A stretch of DNA of 64,000 bases from Corallococcus exercitus (GCF_042231735.1 NZ_CP102577.1:3039281-3103280), one strand, 5' to 3'. Counted from the stretch's first letter, positions 36,799-46,939 are shown. Made by a program: numbers and translations. Notes: generated by a model not told the origin, from the letters alone.

Positions 36799-37773
36799 CT
36801 AACTCCGCGGCACGTTCACCTTCACGGCCCCCTTGCGCTCCGGCGGTGGCGGCAGGGCCTGGGGTGTCTCCAGGGCAGCGCTCCAGACGGGGACGGCGCC
36901 GGCGACGAGGGCCTCCGCGCGCTCGATGATGGGCGTGGCCAGGTCCATGCCCGTCGCGGCCTCCATCTCCAGGAGGGCGGGCGAGCTGTTCACCTCGAAG
37001 ACCTTGGGGTGCCCCTGGACGTCCAGGATGTCCACCGCGGCCACCTCCAGGCCCACGAGCCGGGCGACCTTCTCCGCCGTGGCGCGGTGGCTGGGGGACA
37101 GCGTCAGGGTCTCCAGACGGGCGCCCCGGTTCAGCGTGTGGGAGAGACGACCGGGACGCGGCTTGCGCAGCACCCCGGCGATGGCCTGTCCGCCCACCAC
37201 GAGGACGCGCACGTCCTGGCCGGTGCTCCGCACGTACTCCTGCATGACGAGGTTGTGCCCCAGGCCGAGCACGGCCTCGAGCGCGGCCTCCAGCGACTGG
37301 AGGCTCTCGCAGACCATCACGCCGTGCTTCTCCTGGCCCTGGAGGAGCTTCACCAGCACGGGCACCCCGCCCACGAGCCCGACCATCTCCTTGAGGTGGG
37401 CCGCGTCCCGGGCCATCACCGTGGCGGGGATGTCGATGCCGTGGGCGGACAGCAGCTGGAGCGCGCGCATCTTGTTGCGCGACTGCGCGATGGCCTGGGC
37501 GTGGTTCACCAGGGGCACGCGCGCCAGACCGAACTGGTTCACCACCGCGAGCCCGTACGTGCTGATGGACTGGGCGATGCGCGGGATGACGACGTCGGTG
37601 GGCGTGAGCTTCTTGCGGTCGTAGAGCAGGGTCGCCTGGCTGCCCCCGTCCAGATGCATCTGCACCCGGAGCGGGTTGAGCACGCGGACCCGGTGCCCTC
37701 TCGCGCGTCCTGCCTCGACGATCCGCCGCGTGGACGAGATGGAAGCGGAACGCGAGAGGACGGTGATTTTCAT
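36799..37773 (-). CDS. RimK-family ATP-grasp ligase
   Basis: MKITVLSR... ATP-grasp motifs (PVLVKLLQGQEKHGVMVCES; LVMQEYV; EVNSSPAL). Confidence 0.7.
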   Translation of the reverse strand: MKITVLSRSASISSTRRIVEAGRARGHRVRVLNPLRVQMHLDGGSQATLLYDRKKLTPTDVVIPRIAQSISTYGLAVVNQFGLARVPLVNHAQAIAQSRNKMRALQLLSAHGIDIPATVMARDAAHLKEMVGLVGGVPVLVKLLQGQEKHGVMVCESLQSLEAALEAVLGLGHNLVMQEYVRSTGQDVRVLVVGGQAIAGVLRKPRPGRLSHTLNRGARLETLTLSPSHRATAEKVARLVGLEVAAVDILDVQGHPKVFEVNSSPALLEMEAATGMDLATPIIERAEALVAGAVPVWSAALETPQALPPPPERKGAVKVNVPRS

Positions 37774-37852
37774 GGCGGAGGCGACCGGCGCGGCGAGGAC
37801 CCTATAATCCCCGCCTCCGCCCGCGTAAAGCCGCCTCCGCCTGCCTGCCGGC

Positions 37853-39178
37853 TTAGAGCCGGCGGATGGCGCGCACTTCGACGCTGACGGGGTCTTCCGG
37901 ACGCGACGACTCCAGCTTCGCGCAGGCGCTGCCCGTGAACGTCACGCCGGCCGCGCCCAGCGACCAGGTGTCGGGGCCCGCGAGCGTACGCTCGCCATCG
38001 ATGTAGACGACGATGAGCTTGTCGTTCAGGTCCTCGCCATTCGAGGAGGGCAGCTGGCTGGGGTCGAGCTTGATGAAGCAGGGGTCAATGGCCGCGAGCT
38101 CCTCGCTGATGGCCTTCAGCGCGGACGCCAGCTCCTCCCGGTTGGCCGCCTGGTAGAAGGCGCGGTTGCAGAAGCCGGTGCTCTGGTTGCAGGTGTCGCC
38201 CGCGCCGCAGTCCAGATCCACCTTGCAGTCCCGCGCGAAGCCCCCCGCGAGCGCCATCTCGTTGAGCACCGCGGGGCCGTCACCCGAGGACGTCTCCGCG
38301 CCGAAGCCGATGACGATGGTCTTGATGCCGTTGTTCTTGAGCGCCACCACCTCCTGCACGGAGGCGTTCTTGTCGAGGCAACCCCGCTTGTAATAAGCGC
38401 CCCCCGGCGTCGACGTGCACTGCGTCGCCGACGCGAGCGTGCAGCGGCACTCCGGCATGCCGCCGTTGTACTCGTTGAACTCGTTGCAGTTGGGCAGACC
38501 GTCGGTGAGCAGGATGACGATCTGATCGCGGTCCTGGGAGTTGGGCGTCAGGAGCGTGCCCGCGAACTTCAGGCTTCCGCTTGTCGGCGTACCGCCCCTG
38601 GGCCGGTTCGCTCCTCCATTGGGGATGGCCTGCAGCTTCGCATTGACCTGGAGCGCGTACTCCTGGAGGGCGTCGTCCGTATCCAGGTCGATCGGGATGA
38701 CCGCGCGGACGCTCTCACCCGTCGTGGCGGCCGCACACGACTGGGCCACGGTCGGCGACTCCGTGGTGATGGGCGCCGGATAGGTCGTCAGGCCGAAGCG
38801 GACCAGCTTGCCGCTCTCCGAGAGGAAGGGGCCCATGGCGCCCTGGAGCTCCGACCAGCGCGTGGGGCACTTCGACGTGTCGCAGGGATACTGCTCCGCG
38901 CAGGTCAAGGTACGGCCCAGTTCGTCCTTGGTGTCGCACGCACGCTGACCGTTGACGATCAGGTCCTTGTTCACCGGCTCCGTCATCGAGCCGGAGGTGT
39001 CCACCAACAGCATGACGTCCGGCTTGCTCTTGCGAGCGGTGATCACCGACTCCACGGTCGTCTGGGCGATCGCGAGCGGATCCACCGGCTCGAAGTCATA
39101 GGTCTGACAGCCGGCCATCACGGCAACACCGAGGATGCCGGCCAGCAGTGCGCTCAGGGGGGTCGACTTGGCGCGCAT
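37853..39178 (-). CDS. von Willebrand factor A domain lipoprotein, Cys-rich C-terminal region
   Basis: ATG 39178 gives MRAKSTPLSALLAGILGVAVMAGC lipobox. MIDAS motif LLVDTSGSM; the C-terminal half has about 14 Cys. Confidence 0.7.
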   Translation of the reverse strand: MRAKSTPLSALLAGILGVAVMAGCQTYDFEPVDPLAIAQTTVESVITARKSKPDVMLLVDTSGSMTEPVNKDLIVNGQRACDTKDELGRTLTCAEQYPCDTSKCPTRWSELQGAMGPFLSESGKLVRFGLTTYPAPITTESPTVAQSCAAATTGESVRAVIPIDLDTDDALQEYALQVNAKLQAIPNGGANRPRGGTPTSGSLKFAGTLLTPNSQDRDQIVILLTDGLPNCNEFNEYNGGMPECRCTLASATQCTSTPGGAYYKRGCLDKNASVQEVVALKNNGIKTIVIGFGAETSSGDGPAVLNEMALAGGFARDCKVDLDCGAGDTCNQSTGFCNRAFYQAANREELASALKAISEELAAIDPCFIKLDPSQLPSSNGEDLNDKLIVVYIDGERTLAGPDTWSLGAAGVTFTGSACAKLESSRPEDPVSVEVRAIRRL

Positions 39179-39394
39179 AGGCTTGAGGATTTCCTTCCAG
39201 GGGGGAACAACGGACTGCGAATGCCGCAGCGTAACGCGTGGACGCCCACCGAGGCTACAGCGACTCGCGGCAGGCAGGTTCCATTCAGGTAATGCTGCCA
39301 AGTTGCAACGTCAGGCGATCCCTGGGGGTGGGTTCGTTTGCCCTGTCGGACATCCCCCTCCTGCTGGAGGGTGGGGACCGGCCCGGCAGCCCGC

Positions 39395-39787
39395 TCACAG
39401 CGTGAGGACGCGGGCGCCGTCGGTCAGCCGCCAGATGGAGGCCAGGCCCATGACGTCGTCCAGCGTGCCGTGAAGTTCCTGGGGCGAGAAGCCACAGATG
39501 CGGACCGTGGTGTCGCAGGCCACGAGCTTCGCGCCCAGGGCGCGGGCCTCCTCCAGCATGCGGGCCGGAGTGGGGACGTTGAGCCCTTCGGCCCGGGCCG
39601 CCTCGGTGCGCTCGCGCTCGCTGTGCGCCAGGCCGAAGCCGCCCCGGACCAGCTGGCGCAGGGCCTCGAAGGCGAAGACGAAGTAGACGTCGTCCCCCAT
39701 CGCGGCGGCGGTGATGCCCATGGAGGCCGCCTGATAGGCGGGCTCATACGTGGCGTGTTGGAGGAAGAAGAAGACGCGTCCGGCCAT
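39395..39787 (-). CDS. DsrE/DsrF-like small protein
   Basis: 130 aa MAGRVFFFLQHATYEPAYQAASMGITAAAMGDDVYFVF...VACDTTVRICG, DsrE-fold-like. Weak call. Confidence 0.4.
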   Translation of the reverse strand: MAGRVFFFLQHATYEPAYQAASMGITAAAMGDDVYFVFAFEALRQLVRGGFGLAHSERERTEAARAEGLNVPTPARMLEEARALGAKLVACDTTVRICGFSPQELHGTLDDVMGLASIWRLTDGARVLTL

Positions 39788-39868
39788 GGTGGTCCGACCT
39801 TAGCGTTATCGAGTCCGGACCGGCAGCCGTCGTATAACAGGGCTCCCCTTCCCCACCGGGAGCCCCGC

Positions 39869-40534
39869 ATGCCGAGCCAGCCGTCCCGCCCCCGCGGTGT
39901 TCGTCCCTCGCCGGTCCCGTCCCGTCACGCCACGCCACGGTGGATGGTCCTGGCCGGTCTCGCCGTGCTCGCGGGCGCGGGGCCCGTGTCCGAAGCGGCT
40001 CCGGTCCACGCGGCCACCGCGGCGGTCCAGGCTTCCGCTCCCACGGCCCCGAGCGCCGTCGCTCCCGGGCCGCTGCGCACGGAGGCGCTGGGGTTGCTCG
40101 CGCAACCGACCGTGGCGCCGGAGGCGGCGTGGCGCAGGCTGGGGCCGGAGGTCGTGCCCGTGCTCGCGGCGCTGGCGGAGGACATGAGCGTCCCGGACGC
40201 GCAGCGGATGCGGGCCGTGACGGCGCTGGCGCGCGTGGAGTCCCCGCAGGCGGGACCGACGCTCCAGGCGATGCTGGAGGACCCGCACCGCCGTTCGGAT
40301 GTCCGCTCGCAGGCCGCCGCCGCGCTGGGCCAGCGCCTGGGGTTCGAGGCCGTGAAGGCGCTGCAGGCCCGGCTGGAGGACCGCGACCTGCGGATCCGCG
40401 AGGCCGTGGCCCAGGCGCTTGGCCGGCTGGGCGGTCAGCAGGTGCGCGAGGTGCTGGAAGAGCGGCTTCCCCTGGAGGATGTCCCCCAGGTGCGTGAAGC
40501 GCTCCAGCAGGGGCTCACGCTGGCGGAGCCCTGA
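39869..40534 (+). CDS. HEAT-repeat protein with signal peptide
   Basis: ATG 39869 follows GGGAG. Repeating ...RxxAAxALGxLG... HEAT/PBS-lyase-type repeats. The 1340-aa antisense ORF over this region is an artefact. Confidence 0.6.
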   Translation: MPSQPSRPRGVRPSPVPSRHATPRWMVLAGLAVLAGAGPVSEAAPVHAATAAVQASAPTAPSAVAPGPLRTEALGLLAQPTVAPEAAWRRLGPEVVPVLAALAEDMSVPDAQRMRAVTALARVESPQAGPTLQAMLEDPHRRSDVRSQAAAALGQRLGFEAVKALQARLEDRDLRIREAVAQALGRLGGQQVREVLEERLPLEDVPQVREALQQGLTLAEP

Positions 40535-40621
40535 GCCGGGTGCCGGGCATGGCGGGGGCAGCCGCCCTGGTGGACTGCTCGGGGCTCGCGTCGGGCGGGG
40601 CCTTCCGTTAGATGGGAGGCC

Positions 40622-41317
40622 ATGCGCCCCACCGTCCTTCTCTTCGACATCGATGGCACCCTCGTCACCACCGGCGGCGCCGGTCGCCGCGCCATGGGAC
40701 TGGCCTTCGAGCAGCTCCACCGGCGGCGTGACGCGTGCGACGGCTTCAGCATGTCCGGCATGACGGACCGGGCGATCGTCCGAAAGGCCCTGGGCATCAT
40801 CGGCCAGCCCGACACCGAGGACGCCATCAGCGCGGTCATCGACGCGTACGTCGCCCACCTGGGCCTGGAAGTCCCCAAGGTCGATGCGCGCGAGTACCGG
40901 CTGCACCCGGGCATGCGGGAAGCCGTGCTGGAGGCGCGCTCGCGGACGGGCTTCGCGGTGGGCCTGGGCACCGGCAACGTGCGCGCGGGCGCCAAGGTGA
41001 AGCTGGACCGCGTGAACATCCACGACCAGTTCGCCTTCGGCGGCTTCGGCTGCGACTTCGAGGACCGCGTGGCCCTCATCCGGCACGGCGCGCAGGCCGG
41101 GGCGGCGCGGCTGGGAGCGCCCCTGGAGGCGTGCCGGGTGGTGATCATCGGGGACACGCCCAAGGACGTCGCGGCCGCCAAGGGCATTGGCGCGGAGACG
41201 ATTGGCGTGGGCACGGGCAACTTCACGCCCCAGGCGCTGCTCGACGCCGGCGCCGAGTGGGCCTTCGCGGACTTCTCCGCCCCTGGCGCCATGGAGGCCC
41301 TGCTCGTCGGACGGTGA
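40622..41317 (+). CDS. HAD-IA family hydrolase (phosphatase)
   Basis: HAD motifs I-IV: MRPTVLLFDIDGTLV..., SGMTD, LGTGNVRAGAK, IIGDTPKDVAAAKGIGAETIGVGTG. Confidence 0.8.
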   Translation: MRPTVLLFDIDGTLVTTGGAGRRAMGLAFEQLHRRRDACDGFSMSGMTDRAIVRKALGIIGQPDTEDAISAVIDAYVAHLGLEVPKVDAREYRLHPGMREAVLEARSRTGFAVGLGTGNVRAGAKVKLDRVNIHDQFAFGGFGCDFEDRVALIRHGAQAGAARLGAPLEACRVVIIGDTPKDVAAAKGIGAETIGVGTGNFTPQALLDAGAEWAFADFSAPGAMEALLVGR

Positions 41318-41359
41318 AGGTGTGGTATCTCCGCCGCCCCTCCGAGGAGTCGTCCACGC

Positions 41360-42520
41360 ATGTCGTCCACGCTCGAATCCTATGAGCTGATCCGCTTCGC
41401 CGAAGCCTTCGAGGCCCGACTCGCCACGGCGGAGGAGATGGTCGTCGGCAGGCCGGGGCTGGAGGCCGAGAAGCAGTGGCTGGCCTCCGCGCTGGAGCGC
41501 CTGCGCGAGGCCCGGGAGCCCGCGGGCGGCCTGCTGGAACAGGTGAAGGACCTGCCCGAGCTCGACGAGGCCCGCGAGGAGTTCTCGTTCGATCAGCAGG
41601 GCCGCTGGGTCGATGCGCTGGAGAAGCTGCACGCCGGCATCACCTTCACCGCCAGCAGCCGCGCGCCCGTCATCGAGGCCCTCTTCCCGCACCTCAAGTT
41701 CCCGCAGCTGCGCCGGGCGCCCGTGGAGCTGGTCAACGAGTACGCCACGTCGTACGAGCGGCGGCTCAAGAGCGCCTACGTCACCCGCATCTTCTCCCGC
41801 GATGACTTCGCCATGGTCCGCCCCGTCGTGGATCAGGTCGCCGCGACGTTCGCCGCGTGGACCGCGAGCCTGTCCCCCACCCCGCTGCCCCCGGATCAGG
41901 AGGCCGCCCTGCGCGAGGCGCTGGTGGCGCTGGGACGACGCCTGGACGTGGCGCTGCGGCAGGGGCGCCTGCTCGCGGAGGCCGCGCTGGTTCCCGTGCC
42001 CGGGGTCTTCGAGGCCGCGGGCCTCACCCTCAAGCCCCGGAAGCGCGCGGGCAAGTCGCTCGCGCTCTCCGCCGAGGAAGGCGCTTCGGACCTCTTCGGT
42101 GAGGAGGGCGACTCCGGCCAGGAGGACTCGTTCGACGGTGCCGAGGCTGCGGAGCCTTCCGGGGACGACTCGATGGAGGCGGCTCCCGACGACGTGGCGG
42201 GCCCGGAGTCCCTGGAGGAGGCCGCTGGCGTGGAGCCCTCTCCGGCTCGCAAGGGCCGGGATGATGCCGACCAGGAGGCTGGTGGCGTCGAGGCTTCGGA
42301 GCGCGGCTCCGAGGAGGTCCTCGCTGCTCCGGAACCTGTCGCCTCGGAGCCCCCTGTCGCGGCGCGTCCCCGGCGGGGCCGGCCTCCGAAGAACGCGGCC
42401 CCGGCTGCCGAGCCCGCGCAGGTGGACGCGGCACCGGACGCTTCGGCTTCCGGTGCTCCGGAGGCCGTGCGTCCCAAGCGTCGCAAGAAGACCGACCCGT
42501 CCGAGGCTGGCACGCCTTGA
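41360..42520 (+). CDS. hypothetical protein with acidic disordered C-terminus and AT-hook-like RRGRPPK motif
   Basis: 386 aa with a structured N-terminal ~200 aa, then a D/E/S/A-rich tail with PRRGRPPKNAAP and a terminal KRRKK. Confidence 0.5.
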   Translation: MSSTLESYELIRFAEAFEARLATAEEMVVGRPGLEAEKQWLASALERLREAREPAGGLLEQVKDLPELDEAREEFSFDQQGRWVDALEKLHAGITFTASSRAPVIEALFPHLKFPQLRRAPVELVNEYATSYERRLKSAYVTRIFSRDDFAMVRPVVDQVAATFAAWTASLSPTPLPPDQEAALREALVALGRRLDVALRQGRLLAEAALVPVPGVFEAAGLTLKPRKRAGKSLALSAEEGASDLFGEEGDSGQEDSFDGAEAAEPSGDDSMEAAPDDVAGPESLEEAAGVEPSPARKGRDDADQEAGGVEASERGSEEVLAAPEPVASEPPVAARPRRGRPPKNAAPAAEPAQVDAAPDASASGAPEAVRPKRRKKTDPSEAGTP

Positions 42521-42565
42521 GACCCGACGCGCGGTGAGTCCCCCGCCGTGAAGAGGAACCCGGAC

Positions 42566-45130
42566 ATGGCGGACGTCGCCCTTCCCATCGATCCCCTCCT
42601 GCCCGACATCGTCTCCACGCTCCGGAGCTCGCGGTCGCTCGTGCTGGAGGCGCCCCCTGGCGCGGGCAAGACGACCCGCGTTCCCCGCGCGCTGCTGGAG
42701 GCGGGGCTGGGCGCGGGCAAGGAGATCGTCGTCCTCCAGCCCCGGCGGCTGCCCACCCGGCTCGCCGCGCAGCGCGTGTCCGAGGAGATTGGCGAGCGCG
42801 TGGGCGAGACCGTCGGCTACCAGGTCCGCTTCGAGGACGTCCGCGGTCCCAAGACGCGCATGTCCTTCGTCACCGAGGGCGTGCTCGGACGCCGCCTGCT
42901 CACCGACCCCACCCTGCGCGACGTGGGCATCGTCGTGCTCGACGAGTTCCATGAGCGGCACCTGTCCGCGGACATCTCGCTCGCGCTCCTGCGGCGGCTG
43001 CAGGAGACGGCCCGCCCCGACCTCAAGCTCGTGGTGATGTCCGCGACGCTGGAGGCCGAGCCCGTCCGCGCGTACCTGGGCGGCGCCCCCTCCCTGCGCT
43101 CCGAGGGCCGCCGCTTCGACGTCAGCGTCGAGTACCTGTCCACCCCGGATGAGCGGCACCTGGATCAGCAGGTGCTCTCCGCGCTCAAGCGCCTGTTCAC
43201 CCAGGGCGTCGACGGCGACGTGCTCGTGTTCCTTCCCGGTGCCGGGGAGATCCGCCGCGCGCGCGACACCTGCGCGGAGTTCGCCGAGCGCCACGACGCG
43301 GACGTGCTCCCGCTCCACGGCGACCTCTCTCCCGCCGAGCAGGACCGCGCCGTGCGCCGCAGCTCGCGCCGGAAGATCATCCTGTCCACCAACGTGGCGG
43401 AGACGTCCGTCACCATCGACGGCGTCGCGGTCGTCATCGACAGCGGGCTGGCCCGCGTGGCGTCCCACTCGCCGTGGTCCGGACTGCCGCAGCTCAAGCT
43501 GGGCAAGGTGAGCCGTGCCTCCGCCGTCCAGCGCGCCGGCCGCGCGGGCCGCACCCGGGCCGGGCACTGCGTGCGCCTCTACACCCAGCACGACTTCGAC
43601 GGGCGGCCTGATCAGGAAGCCCCGGAAATCCGCCGCACCGACCTGGCCGAGACGGTGCTCTCCCTGCGCGCGTCGGGCGTGAAGGACCTGACCGCGTTCC
43701 CGTTCTTCGAGCCGCCCCCCGCTCCCGCCCTGGAGGCCGCGGAGACGCTGCTGCGCCGGCTGGGCGCGGTGGACGCGAAGGGCCAGGTGACGGACGTGGG
43801 CCAGCGGCTCCTGCGCTTCCCCGTCCACCCGAGACAGGCCCGCGTCATCGTCGAGGGCGAGCGCCGGGGCGTGGGCGCGGATGCCGCCGTGCTCGCGGCC
43901 CTCATGGGCGAGCGGGACATCCGCCGCGAGGCCCGCGCCAACCTGGGCGGAGGGGGCCGTGCGTCCGCGCTCGTCAGCGGCCCGTCCGACCTGCTGGAGC
44001 TCCTGGAGCGCTTCCGCGAGGCCGGCCGTTCCGGCTTCGCGTCCGGCCGCATGCAGTCCCTGTCGCTGGACTCGGGCGCGGTGCAGTCCGTGGAGCGCGT
44101 GCAGAAGCAGCTGCGCCGCACGGTGCGCGAACAGGGCTCACGTCCCGGCCGCCCCGAGGACGTGGAGCAGGCCCTGATGCTCAGCGTGCTCGCGGGCTAC
44201 CCGGACCGCGTGGCCCGCAGGCGGCGGCCCCGCTCCCCCGAGCTGCTCATGTTCGGCGGCGGTACCACCAGCCTGTCCGAGTTCAGCGTCGTCCAGGACG
44301 CGGAGCTGATGGTCGCCGTGGACGCCGAGGAGCGCCCCGGGCGCGGCGCCGTCGTGCGGCTCGCCAGCGCCGTGGAGGCCGAGTGGCTGCTGGACCTCTA
44401 CCCGGACGCGCTGGAGGAGGTGGACACCCTCCAGTGGAACCCGGACTCGCGCCGCGTGGAGCGCCTCACCCGGCTGGCCTACGGCAACCTCATGCTGGAG
44501 GAGACGCGCACGCCCGCGCCACCGTCCGAGGAGGCCGCGCGCGTGCTGGCCGAGGCGGCGCTGGCCGCGGGCCCGGAGCGCTTCGCGGAGCCCGAGGCGC
44601 TGGAGCAGTGGCGCACGCGCGTGGAGCTGCTCGGCAAGGCGTTCCCGGAGGCGGGCTTCCCCACCGTGGACGCGGCCTTCATGCGCGACGCGCTGGCGTC
44701 CCTGTGCGTGGGCGCGCGCAGCTTCTCCGACCTGGAGGGCGTGTCGTTGCTGGATGCGCTCTACGCGCGCCTCACCTCCGAGCAGCAGCGCCTGCTGGCG
44801 AACCACGCCCCGGAGCGCGTCACCCTGCCCGGCGGGCGCGGCGTGAAGGTGCACTACGAGCCCAACAAGCCACCCTGGGTGGAGTCACGGCTGCAGGACT
44901 TCTTCGGGATGGCGCAGGGGCCCAGCGTGGGCGCGGGCCGCGTGCCGCTGGTGCTGCACCTGCTGGCCCCCAACATGCGCGCCGTGCAGGTGACGACCGA
45001 CCTGGCGGGCTTCTGGGAGCGGCACTACCCGGCGATCCGCAAGGAGCTGTGCCGCAAGTACCCGCGGCACTCGTGGCCCGAGGATCCGCGCCACGCCGAG
45101 CCGCCCGCGCCCCGTCCTCCGAGGCGCTGA
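42566..45130 (+). CDS. hrpB: ATP-dependent RNA helicase HrpB
   Basis: DEAH-box motifs GAGKTTRVP, LDEFHER, SATL, TNVAETSVTIDGV and QRAGRAGR, plus the HrpB C-terminal domain. ATG 42566 is preceded by AAGAGGA. Confidence 0.85.
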   Translation: MADVALPIDPLLPDIVSTLRSSRSLVLEAPPGAGKTTRVPRALLEAGLGAGKEIVVLQPRRLPTRLAAQRVSEEIGERVGETVGYQVRFEDVRGPKTRMSFVTEGVLGRRLLTDPTLRDVGIVVLDEFHERHLSADISLALLRRLQETARPDLKLVVMSATLEAEPVRAYLGGAPSLRSEGRRFDVSVEYLSTPDERHLDQQVLSALKRLFTQGVDGDVLVFLPGAGEIRRARDTCAEFAERHDADVLPLHGDLSPAEQDRAVRRSSRRKIILSTNVAETSVTIDGVAVVIDSGLARVASHSPWSGLPQLKLGKVSRASAVQRAGRAGRTRAGHCVRLYTQHDFDGRPDQEAPEIRRTDLAETVLSLRASGVKDLTAFPFFEPPPAPALEAAETLLRRLGAVDAKGQVTDVGQRLLRFPVHPRQARVIVEGERRGVGADAAVLAALMGERDIRREARANLGGGGRASALVSGPSDLLELLERFREAGRSGFASGRMQSLSLDSGAVQSVERVQKQLRRTVREQGSRPGRPEDVEQALMLSVLAGYPDRVARRRRPRSPELLMFGGGTTSLSEFSVVQDAELMVAVDAEERPGRGAVVRLASAVEAEWLLDLYPDALEEVDTLQWNPDSRRVERLTRLAYGNLMLEETRTPAPPSEEAARVLAEAALAAGPERFAEPEALEQWRTRVELLGKAFPEAGFPTVDAAFMRDALASLCVGARSFSDLEGVSLLDALYARLTSEQQRLLANHAPERVTLPGGRGVKVHYEPNKPPWVESRLQDFFGMAQGPSVGAGRVPLVLHLLAPNMRAVQVTTDLAGFWERHYPAIRKELCRKYPRHSWPEDPRHAEPPAPRPPRR

Positions 45131-45146
45131 AAAGACGGCGGCGGGA

Positions 45147-45626
45147 CTACAGCCGCTTGTGCATCTCCAGGTGGTCGATGCCGGCCTCGTCGAAGACGGC
45201 GCCGACGGGCTGGTAGCCGTGCTTCTTGTAGAAGTCGAGCGCGTAGAGCTGGGCGTGCAGCATGATGCCCGTCACGTTGCGGCGGCGCGCCTCCTCCTCC
45301 AGCGTCGTGAGGAGCAGCGAGCCCACGCGGGCCTTGCGGTGCGACTGGAGCACCGCCATGCGGCCAATCTGGCCCCACGTCCCGCTCTGCCCGGCGGGCG
45401 GCTCCGGCAGCTTCACCAGGCGGCCCGTGCCGATGGCGTGGCCCCCCTGGTAGGCGAGCACGTGGTAGGCGTGGGCGTCCTCGGCGTCGCGCTCGATGCC
45501 CTCGGGCACGTGCTGTTCCTCGATGAACACCACCTCGCGGATGGCGAGGGCCTGCATGAGCTCCGCCTCGTCCTTGATGTGGGCGATGGTGACGGGTGCA
45601 GGGGAGGTCTCGGGGGGCGTCGGCAT
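45147..45626 (-). CDS. GNAT-family N-acetyltransferase
   Basis: ATG 45626 gives MPTPPETS...; acetyl-CoA motif RLVKLP...GQIGRMAVLQSHRKARVGSLLL. Confidence 0.75.
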   Translation of the reverse strand: MPTPPETSPAPVTIAHIKDEAELMQALAIREVVFIEEQHVPEGIERDAEDAHAYHVLAYQGGHAIGTGRLVKLPEPPAGQSGTWGQIGRMAVLQSHRKARVGSLLLTTLEEEARRRNVTGIMLHAQLYALDFYKKHGYQPVGAVFDEAGIDHLEMHKRL

Positions 45627-45889
45627 GGCTGCGGGCAAGGTACACAAAAGGCCGCGCCGCCAACAGGCGGAAAAAACCACCCACCTTCCGGTCCGGCGCG
45701 CCTCCACGCGGCCGGTCCGTCCCCTGCCCCCTGGCCTCGGATGGGCCTGTCGCGAAAGCCCCGCCGCATCGGGTCATCTGGTTGCAATTGCCCTCCCACG
45801 TCGGGCGGTATCGGAGACCTCCACGCAGCGCGTGGGCGAGGCCGCTCGGAGGAGGATCGCCCCGGGGAGGGCATGGTAGGGTTCGGGCG

Positions 45890-46939
45890 ATGCGTACCCG
45901 TGCCCTTTTCGCTCTGTCCGTGGGCCTGCTGTCGACGCCCGCGCTCGCCCAGAAGGAGTTCTTTTTTGGAACGGGAGAGCCGCCCGTGTTCCGCGAAGCG
46001 GACATGGACAAGCGGTTCCTCCGCTCCCGCGTCAATCAGGCCCTGGTCCAGGGGACGAGCGACGCGAACTGCGCCCAGCTCGTGGGGGCGCTGCTCACCA
46101 TCGTGGGCGAGTCCGCGCCGTATCTGCACAAGCGCGACGAGAACTTCTACCTGGACCCGGTGTTGATCCAGGCGCTGGGCACGCAGCTGTCCACGCCGCG
46201 CTTCCCGGCCAACATGTTCCTGGTGTCGATGATGCGCCGGGTGCTCATCGACAAGCGGCTGCCTCCGGAGTGGATGCAGACGGCGGTGGCGCTCGCGCCG
46301 TACTACCCGCCGCTCGACCTGAGCAAGCTGCGCTTCATCGCGGATGGCGTGAAGCCCGTGGACAGCTTCTTCTTCACGCTACCCGCGATCCTGGAGCGCT
46401 ACGACGTGGAGGTCCTCAAGGCCAACGCCATGGCGGCAAGCGTGGCGGACGCGAAGTTCCGCGACGACTACCTCGACAAGGAGGTGGCGTTCGCGGGGCT
46501 GGAGTTCATCGACGCGAAGCTGGAGAAGCCCAAGAAGCGCAGCAAGAAGGGGCCTCCGCCCGAGCCGCCCGCGCTGGTGGCCCGGCTCGTCTACTACCTG
46601 CCGGATCCGGGCAACGACGGCCTGCTGTCGGGGCTGACCTACGGCAAGCCCAAGGTGCGGCCCGCGGTGAACATCACGGCGCGGCTGAAGGAGGACCAGT
46701 ACACGGCGCTGACGCAGCTGCCGAAGGGCTCGCGCGTGCTCCTGCGCGGCCGCTTCTGGGAGTACCGCAAGCAGCTCAAGGACCTGGAGGTGCGCGACGC
46801 GTACCTGTTCCAGGACCGGGACTGGGCGCAGAACCCCGCGCTCGCGGATCCGAACGCCGTGGCGGCCTGTCCGCTCGCGTTCAACGACCTGACGGGCACC
46901 GCGCCCGTGCAGCCGGGCGGCTTCGGCGGCAAGCGCTAG
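45890..46939 (+). CDS. secreted hypothetical protein
   Basis: ATG 45890 gives MRTRALFALSVGLLSTPALAQKE signal; no recognised domain. Confidence 0.5.
   Translation: MRTRALFALSVGLLSTPALAQKEFFFGTGEPPVFREADMDKRFLRSRVNQALVQGTSDANCAQLVGALLTIVGESAPYLHKRDENFYLDPVLIQALGTQLSTPRFPANMFLVSMMRRVLIDKRLPPEWMQTAVALAPYYPPLDLSKLRFIADGVKPVDSFFFTLPAILERYDVEVLKANAMAASVADAKFRDDYLDKEVAFAGLEFIDAKLEKPKKRSKKGPPPEPPALVARLVYYLPDPGNDGLLSGLTYGKPKVRPAVNITARLKEDQYTALTQLPKGSRVLLRGRFWEYRKQLKDLEVRDAYLFQDRDWAQNPALADPNAVAACPLAFNDLTGTAPVQPGGFGGKR

Noticed and set aside
39806-43828. 1340-aa minus-strand ORF
   Set aside because: It spans the plus-strand HEAT, HAD, acidic protein and hrpB genes, which have clear motifs. Its translation is Arg/Gly/Pro-rich.
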